Shown here: positions 58,060 to 64,000 of the stretch, piece after piece
Numbering within the stretch: the stretch's first letter is position 1
Layout: every line of letters starts with the position of its first letter
Assembly: GCA_029941115.1 (NCBI GenBank)
Contig: JAPYRK010000004.1
Location: forward strand, 21,271 to 85,270
From: Dehalococcoidia bacterium
Lineage (GTDB): Bacteria > Chloroflexota > Dehalococcoidia > UBA2979
Length of the DNA stretch: 64,000 nt
Reading direction: 5' to 3'
Made by a program: the position numbers and the translations under genes
Notes under the pieces: generated by a model
Databases searched by the model: none
Seen by the model: the letters and a program-made list of their open reading frames with translations, nothing else
Told to the model about the DNA's origin: nothing

Positions 58060-58686
58060 CTAATTCAGCGCCGTCGCTATAGGTCGATTTGGCATTTCAA
58101 TAAAAATTTCATCCGGTCCCCTTGCACAGGATACTGTCGCTCCGCTAAGGCATACTGAAAGCTCAATGGTCGACAAATCAACAATGTAACGACCTAGGAT
58201 TGAGGCATCATACGTGACCTTTACACGGTGCATATGCCTTTGTGCATCCTCAGTGATTGCGAGTCCATGTGGGCTGTAAGCGTTATTGGTGCAAGGGTCT
58301 TGAAATGTATTCGCAATTCGATTCCAGTCGATATGGCAGCCAGATTCCCCATATGAAATCAATCCAAAGAGTTCGTCTGAAGTAATTAAAATCCATATCC
58401 CATATGTGGACCCGCTTGAATCCGCCCCAAAAGATACTATCGGAAGTAAACGAGGCAAATCAAGTTGTACTTCGTCAGCAGGAACACGCACTACTGGGTC
58501 AGGAGCAGAGAGAAACTTCACGGAACACATGCCAAATAGTATAAGTAGTAACGTGATGGCTAAAGCTGCTAGAAACAAGCGTGGCCACGGATTCCTTGGT
58601 CGCGTGAGATCAGCTGGTCCAGCTATTGCATCGATTCGGTTATCGCCATCATGATTTGAATTACTCGAAGAGTTAATATGGTTCAT
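58060..58686 (-). CDS. Membrane-anchored Rieske-fold-like protein lacking the [2Fe-2S] ligands (hypothetical)
   Basis: One N-terminal TM helix (LFLAALAITLLLILFGM). YGESGCHIDWNRIANTFQDPCTNNAYSPHG aligns without gaps to PetC-type [30 protein letters not shown] (recalled from memory), but the Cys/His ligands are replaced. Confidence 0.4.
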   Translation of the reverse strand: MNHINSSSNSNHDGDNRIDAIAGPADLTRPRNPWPRLFLAALAITLLLILFGMCSVKFLSAPDPVVRVPADEVQLDLPRLLPIVSFGADSSGSTYGIWILITSDELFGLISYGESGCHIDWNRIANTFQDPCTNNAYSPHGLAITEDAQRHMHRVKVTYDASILGRYIVDLSTIELSVCLSGATVSCARGPDEIFIEMPNRPIATALN

Positions 58687-58723
58687 GGATCTATTTTAAC
58701 CGTTATCAAGTAAGACCTAAAGT

Positions 58724-60397
58724 ATGAACAAATCGCAAAGTACTAAAGAAAGTAACGTTTCTCGAAAAGCTTTCCTCCGCTATCTAGTTGGTGGCGCATT
58801 GATGCTTGGTATAAGCGCATGTAATAACTTGCTACCTCACCCACAAAAGTTACCTACACCAAAAACTCCTGATACTTCAACTAATAAAGGTCATTATGGT
58901 TTAAGCCAAATACCATCCCGTTCAAAAAAATTGACTCTGCCACAATTTCTAACCATTAATCAACCATCTGATGAGCCCAGCCTACCCCTAGTGCTAGATT
59001 CCTTTGAAAATTCTCTTGTTTATGAAAGGTTATTTACGGTCGATCCTCGAACCTCGAGCCTGGTAGAAGGCGCCGCAGTCCAAATCGAATGGATTCAACC
59101 GAATACGGTCAATTTTCTAGTTAAACCAAATAATTTTTTTCACCCCACTAGTCCAGATACCAGCGAATTATTACCAGTCTCCAGCACAATGATCGCTGAA
59201 GATTTCAATATTAAGAGTCACTCGAAGTCTTTTTTCTGGAACGAAATTGTTAACTCAATAAATGATATTCCAGATGCCAGATCATCAAACGGAACCGTTC
59301 AGCTCATGCTCAACGGAACATACTCATATCTGCTCAATGATCTCAGTTCAGCATCAGGGGAAATTAGAAGCCCCTATCGCTATCAGGGTTTGAGCGAACG
59401 TAGTGGTAGTGGACCGTTCACACCTGTCTTGCTAAAGTCGGATGTTCATAGTCTTGTTCGGAATCCGTACTCCGCTCCGCTAGGGAAAAGCCTACTGGAA
59501 CAAATTATCTTCCAAAAACTTGATTCTAGTCAGTGGCTGGACCAATTACCTTCCCGAATTCCTACTATTTGGTTAAATCGAGAACCAAGCGAAGAAGACT
59601 CGGATCTAATCAAAGACACCAGATCTGCTGATTCTCTCTGGATACTTGGAATGCGAATTCCAACTGCCAGCACAGACAAGGTAACCCCGGGAAATGCTTT
59701 TCTAAAAGACTCACGGATGCGTAAAGCCTTAACCCATGCGTTTGATGGTGAGTCTATCGCAAAATACATTGGTGGATTACCCGCGACTCTAATTACAGGT
59801 CCATATCCAGGAGACATACTAAGTACAGAACAGATAGCCTCCACCGGGTCTCTCGCGTTCAACCGTCATTTAACAAGTGATTATCTCGACGCCGTTGGCT
59901 ACGATGGTGAACCACTAAGATTGCTCCACTTAAATCTGGAACCATACCTGACCGTTATGTCGATACTCAAATCTCAACTTCAAGCTGCTGGCTTTGTTAT
60001 TGAACCAGTCCCAATCTCACCACAACGCTTAGGAGAGACATTGACTACAACTAGTTTTGATATAGCGCTACTGAAAATTGGGCCCCAGCATAGCCCAAAT
60101 CAGGCGCTCCGAATCTATGGAACTTCGAATCAGGAGCGTGATTTGCACAACCCATGGGGGTTCTCTTCGCCGGTCTTTGATACGATTCTCGAAGATGCGG
60201 CTAGCACTGTGCTGCCAACTGAGCGGGCCCGACTACACTTAAAGGCACAGAAGGCACTATTGGATCTTGCCCCAGCAGTGGTACCTCTGGCAACCGAAAG
60301 TAGTTCAATCTGGAGAGACTCACGAGTCGGGGGCTACGACCACAACGCCTACGACTATAATCAAACTTCACTGTCAAAAAATTGGCACATTGCGTGA
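58724..60397 (+). CDS. Family 5 (peptide/nickel-type) ABC substrate-binding lipoprotein, orphan
   Basis: Lipobox LGISAC. 557 aa. Family-5-like segments (FLKDSRMRKALTHAFDGESI). No permease or ATPase genes adjacent. Confidence 0.6.
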   Translation: MNKSQSTKESNVSRKAFLRYLVGGALMLGISACNNLLPHPQKLPTPKTPDTSTNKGHYGLSQIPSRSKKLTLPQFLTINQPSDEPSLPLVLDSFENSLVYERLFTVDPRTSSLVEGAAVQIEWIQPNTVNFLVKPNNFFHPTSPDTSELLPVSSTMIAEDFNIKSHSKSFFWNEIVNSINDIPDARSSNGTVQLMLNGTYSYLLNDLSSASGEIRSPYRYQGLSERSGSGPFTPVLLKSDVHSLVRNPYSAPLGKSLLEQIIFQKLDSSQWLDQLPSRIPTIWLNREPSEEDSDLIKDTRSADSLWILGMRIPTASTDKVTPGNAFLKDSRMRKALTHAFDGESIAKYIGGLPATLITGPYPGDILSTEQIASTGSLAFNRHLTSDYLDAVGYDGEPLRLLHLNLEPYLTVMSILKSQLQAAGFVIEPVPISPQRLGETLTTTSFDIALLKIGPQHSPNQALRIYGTSNQERDLHNPWGFSSPVFDTILEDAASTVLPTERARLHLKAQKALLDLAPAVVPLATESSSIWRDSRVGGYDHNAYDYNQTSLSKNWHIA

Positions 60398-60439
60398 CGA
60401 CACAAACGGTTAAAAAGCTAGCAATAAAGGATCTTTTCA

Positions 60440-61753
60440 ATGAACCAAATCATCCAACATGCGGAAAATTTGTGGACTAAAGGTGCCGGTGCTGAGGGTA
60501 CGCACCCGTGGCGTGCATTAGGTACTTTCGAAAAAATTCGTGACGGTGTCTGGTTTGCGTCCTCGTTTGCGAACCTAACCCTGATCGATGGCGGAACAGA
60601 ACTTCTTGTTGTTGATCCTGGTGCAAAAAACAATGAAGAGCGTAAGTTTAAACAGATCCTAGACGCTTTCCCCGACACCCCCGTTTCAACGATTGTCTAC
60701 ACCCATGGGCATCATGATCACTGCTTCGGTGCAGATCGTTATAAAGCTCATGCCAAGGAAAATAAACTCATAGAACCGATAATTATAGGACATCGAGCAC
60801 TCAATTATAGATTTGATAGATATGCGAAGACAACTGGCTACAATGAGGTAATCAACGCCAGGCAATTCTTAGGGGGTGCAGCAAAAATATCTTGGGAAGC
60901 AGAGTATGTTCGTCCAGATCTATACGTTGATAATTACAAGAAAATACGAGTTGGAAACATTGAAGCTTCAATTACGCATAGCCGGGGTGAGACTGATGAT
61001 TCAGTATGGCTACATATCCCAGAGTACGAAGCTCTCTGTACAGGTGATCTGTTTATATGGACGACCCCAAATGCAGGAAATCCGCAGAAGGTTCAGCGGT
61101 ATTGTGGTGAGTGGGCCGCGGCGCTTGAAGAGATGCAAACTAAAAGTGCCAGTGTTTTGCTACCCGGCCACGGGCCTCCAATTATTGGAAAAGATCGCGT
61201 CGAAGAGGCACTGGATTCCACGCGACGATATCTTGAATCATTAGAAACCCAGACGCTCCAACTAATGAATCTGGGCGCATCATTAGATGAAGTCCTCGCC
61301 AAAGTCAGGCCACCAGAAGAACTAAGTAAAAAAAATTTTCTCCGACCTGTCTACGACGAGCCTGAATTTATCGTGAGGAATATCTGGAGACTTTATGGTG
61401 GCTGGTACGACGGGCAAGCTAGTAACTTGAAACCGCCTCGCGAAGAATCTATCGCACATGAAATTGTCGATCTTGTAACTGGCGGAACCAAAACGTTGGT
61501 GGAAAGAGCTCGAACGTTAAGTGAATCTGGACAATGGCGACTTGCCTGTAAGTTGGCGGACTGGGCCCATCACGCAGCTCCCGGCAACACTGACATCAAG
61601 TTATTTAGAGGCCAGCTTTATCAAGCACGCGCCGATCAAGAAACCTCCACGATGACCATCGGAATCTACAATTCTGTTGCCCGCGAAATGGGTATCGAAA
61701 TGAAAGACCAACCGACTTTTTCAGCTCAGGAGAAGAAAGCTAATGAAACATAA
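60440..61753 (+). CDS. MBL-fold alkyl/aryl-sulfatase-like hydrolase (no SCP2-like C-terminal domain)
   Basis: HxHxDH motif YTHGHHDHCFG. Alkyl-sulfatase dimerisation-domain-like EPEFIVRNIWRLYGGWYDGQASNLKP. 437 aa. Confidence 0.7.
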   Translation: MNQIIQHAENLWTKGAGAEGTHPWRALGTFEKIRDGVWFASSFANLTLIDGGTELLVVDPGAKNNEERKFKQILDAFPDTPVSTIVYTHGHHDHCFGADRYKAHAKENKLIEPIIIGHRALNYRFDRYAKTTGYNEVINARQFLGGAAKISWEAEYVRPDLYVDNYKKIRVGNIEASITHSRGETDDSVWLHIPEYEALCTGDLFIWTTPNAGNPQKVQRYCGEWAAALEEMQTKSASVLLPGHGPPIIGKDRVEEALDSTRRYLESLETQTLQLMNLGASLDEVLAKVRPPEELSKKNFLRPVYDEPEFIVRNIWRLYGGWYDGQASNLKPPREESIAHEIVDLVTGGTKTLVERARTLSESGQWRLACKLADWAHHAAPGNTDIKLFRGQLYQARADQETSTMTIGIYNSVAREMGIEMKDQPTFSAQEKKANET

Positions 61754-61813
61754 ACTCACGTTACATAGTAAACAGGTGTACATTCCTCTCACAGATTCAA
61801 ACAGGAGATAACT

Positions 61814-63010
61814 ATGGCTGCATTGACCGGTATTCGTGTGCTCGACATGACTCAATATGAAGCGGGTACTTCGTGCACGCAGTATCTGGCTTGGCTAGGT
61901 GCCGAAATTATCAAAATTGAGCCTCCAAATGGAGATCCTGGGCGTGGTGCAGGAATTAATTTGGCAGGCGACTCGCAATACTTTATGAACTACAACAGTG
62001 GGAAAAAGTCCGTAGTCATTGACTTGAAGAATAGTTCTGGCCGGCAATTACTTCTCGATCTTGCAAAAAAATGTGACATATTTGTTGAAAATTATGGACC
62101 TGATGTGATGGAATCACTGAATATCGGTCCTGATGTTTTGGCTGGAATAAATCAAAAATTAATCTATGGGCGTATTAAGGGCTTCGGCTTGTCAGGCCCC
62201 TACGCGAAATATAATGCGTACGACTGGGTTGCTCAGGCGTCTGCTGGAAGCTTTTCAGTCACGGGAGACCCACTTGGACCGCCTCAAATAGTTGGTCCGA
62301 CATATGGTGATAGTGGAACCGGTATACAGATGGCTCTAGGCATACTTGCAGCCTATATCGAGAGTGAACGAACCGGTCTCGGCCAAATGATCGAAATTTC
62401 GATGCAGGAAGCAGTAGCAATATTCATGAAAACTTTAGACCTCTTGACCTGGGGAAAGGAGCCCGCACAGCGCTATGGAACCAAGCGTGGCCGCACAGGT
62501 GGTGGCCTGTATCGCTGTAAAGGAGAGAGTCAAAACGACTACGTAATGATTTTTCCAGTGACGTTAAAGCAGCAAGATACTGTATTCACCGTCATCGAAA
62601 AGCCTGAACTCCTTGGAGATCCAAGATTTGGTACTCTTGCGGACCGAGTTGAAAATGAATCAGATTTGCGTGAAATTATTCAGGAATGGACCCTGCGACA
62701 CTCAAAACAAGAGGCGATGACTTTATTGGCCGAAGCTGGAGTCCCAGCTTCGTACGTTTTCGACTCACTGGATCTTTTTACAGATCCACATCTTACAGAG
62801 CGCAACTTCATTGTTAATGTTGAACATCCCGTTAATGGCTCGGTTCAACTCATGAGACACCCATTACGAATGCCAGGCGCGCTTGAGCCTACCCGCTCGC
62901 CCGTCCTTGGAGAACACACGCAGGAAATCCTAGAAGAATACTTGGGCTTAGACACAGAACAAATCTCAGAACTGATATCCAAAAACGTGATAAGAAGAAA
63001 TATTGGTTGA
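61814..63010 (+). CDS. Family III CoA-transferase (CaiB/BaiF family)
   Basis: LTGIRVLDMTQYEAGTSCTQYLAWLGAEIIKIEPP N-terminus and YGDSGTG active-site Asp region. AGGAGA RBS. Confidence 0.9.
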   Translation: MAALTGIRVLDMTQYEAGTSCTQYLAWLGAEIIKIEPPNGDPGRGAGINLAGDSQYFMNYNSGKKSVVIDLKNSSGRQLLLDLAKKCDIFVENYGPDVMESLNIGPDVLAGINQKLIYGRIKGFGLSGPYAKYNAYDWVAQASAGSFSVTGDPLGPPQIVGPTYGDSGTGIQMALGILAAYIESERTGLGQMIEISMQEAVAIFMKTLDLLTWGKEPAQRYGTKRGRTGGGLYRCKGESQNDYVMIFPVTLKQQDTVFTVIEKPELLGDPRFGTLADRVENESDLREIIQEWTLRHSKQEAMTLLAEAGVPASYVFDSLDLFTDPHLTERNFIVNVEHPVNGSVQLMRHPLRMPGALEPTRSPVLGEHTQEILEEYLGLDTEQISELISKNVIRRNIG

Positions 63011-63023
63011 TTTGTTTTTTGGC

Positions 63024-64000
63024 TCACACATCGGTAGCCATCAACGCACGTGCCTCTTCCTCTGAGGCTACTGCATCGATTAATACATCAATTTCACCAT
63101 CTAACACCTTGGGGATCCCGTGCGTAGTTAAGCTAATACGATGATCGGTTATCCGATCTTGTGGAAAATTGTAAGTACGAATCTTCTCAGAGCGATCACC
63201 TGAGCCGACTTGAAGTCGGCGAGCACTGGCTTGTTTACTGATTATTTTTTCTTGTTCGACCTCATATAACCTCGCACGCAGTACAGTTTCAGCTTTTGCT
63301 CTGTTCTTTAATTGAGATCTCTCATCCTGACAGGTAACCACAATTCCGGTCGGCTCATGAGTGAATCGTACAGCTGAAGAAGTTTTATTAACATGTTGCC
63401 CACCGGCACCACCGGCACGATACGTGTCGATTCTAACTTCATCCCAGTTAATTTCCATATCGACTTCATCTACCTGTGCCAAAACTGCGACAGTCGCCGT
63501 GGACGTGTGAATACGGCCCTGAGTTTCAGTATCCGGAACTCTTTGCACGCGATGCACGCCTGACTCATATTTAAGGCGGCTGTACACGCCATCGCCTGCT
63601 AATTCAAAAGTGATCTCTCTGAACCCCCCAGCATCGTTGGCAGAAGTGTTGAGAACTGAGATCTGCCATCGGTGACGTTCAGCGTAACGCTGATACATCC
63701 GATACAAATCATGAGCAAACAGACCAGCCTCGTCGCCTCCAGCCCCAGCACGTATCTCCATAATCACGTCCTTCGAGTCTGATGGGTCCTTCGGAAGTAG
63801 AGACAATTTTAACTCGTATTCAATCTCAACATATTCAGGATCAAGTGTATCGATTTCGCTTCTTGCAAATTCTCGAACATCCTCATCATCATCTCGGAGC
63901 ATCAAACGCGCGTCATCCAATGCCGCCTGCACCGACATGAGTCGATGATAATTATTTACGATAGTCTCCAAGCCAGATCGCTCCTGGGAAATATCACGTA
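63024..64000 (-). CDS. prfA: Peptide chain release factor 1 (5' end outside window)
   Basis: GGQ motif AGGAGGQHVNKT and RF1-type PxT tripeptide region RVQRVPDTETQGRIHTS. The frame stays open upstream of the TTG at 63971 to the window edge (..RDISQERSGLETIV..). Confidence 0.9.
   Translation of the reverse strand, partial: RDISQERSGLETIVNNYHRLMSVQAALDDARLMLRDDDEDVREFARSEIDTLDPEYVEIEYELKLSLLPKDPSDSKDVIMEIRAGAGGDEAGLFAHDLYRMYQRYAERHRWQISVLNTSANDAGGFREITFELAGDGVYSRLKYESGVHRVQRVPDTETQGRIHTSTATVAVLAQVDEVDMEINWDEVRIDTYRAGGAGGQHVNKTSSAVRFTHEPTGIVVTCQDERSQLKNRAKAETVLRARLYEVEQEKIISKQASARRLQVGSGDRSEKIRTYNFPQDRITDHRISLTTHGIPKVLDGEIDVLIDAVASEEEARALMATDV

Noticed and set aside
63528-63536. The RF1 stop-codon recognition tripeptide reads P-D-T instead of the familiar P-A-T/P-V-T
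   Set aside because: The middle residue of the PxT motif is the variable one, and the flanking RF1 context and GGQ motif are normal. There is no other hint of altered stop-codon usage; TAA, TAG and TGA all terminate good ORFs here.

Overview
This is a gene-dense chromosomal segment of about 60 protein-coding genes, with short spacers and many 4-nt start/stop overlaps. I recognise no rRNA, tRNA, CRISPR array, transposase, integrase or convincing rho-independent terminator. All calls come from motif-level reading of the supplied ORF translations and of the DNA; no database search was run.

Gene content:
- Oxidative and catabolic enzymes dominate, often as paralogues: 2 luciferase-like monooxygenases plus a flavin reductase, a P450, a GMC oxidoreductase, a crotonase, 2 MaoC hot-dog proteins, a thiolase-fold protein with DUF35, a family III CoA-transferase, a thioesterase, SDRs, an amidohydrolase, a beta-lactamase-fold hydrolase and VOC proteins.
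- Two metallopeptidases: PepN and an M3 peptidase.
- Transporters: 2 MFS, a heterodimeric ABC exporter and an orphan family-5 SBP.
- A glcDEF-type 2-hydroxyacid oxidase operon and a methylmalonyl-CoA epimerase/mutase locus.
- A complete sufR + sufCBD-Rieske-sufS-sufU-sufT Fe-S assembly locus.
- apt, and a prfA whose 5' end lies outside the window.

The only clearly accessory-looking module is an AT-rich imuB-dnaE2 SOS mutagenesis cassette at 7.3-12.3 kb. It is preceded by a LexA box, has no imuA, and its ImuB is split into two overlapping ORFs.

The GAAC-N4-GTTC LexA box, the SufR/SufU/SufT-type suf locus and the enzyme inventory fit a marine Chloroflexota (SAR202-like) or other Gram-positive-type lineage. 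That is inference only.

I do not see a convincing wholly new multi-gene system; there is no defence-, secretion- or mobile-element-like block. The best candidates for something undescribed are:
- the split ImuB;
- a membrane-anchored Rieske-fold protein beside the suf locus that has lost all four cluster ligands;
- a Cys-less thiolase/DUF35/GNAT-SCP2 operon;
- a six-gene same-strand cluster containing DUF3500;
- a PrpD-family/HAD/MFS-exporter/VOC/methyltransferase operon.
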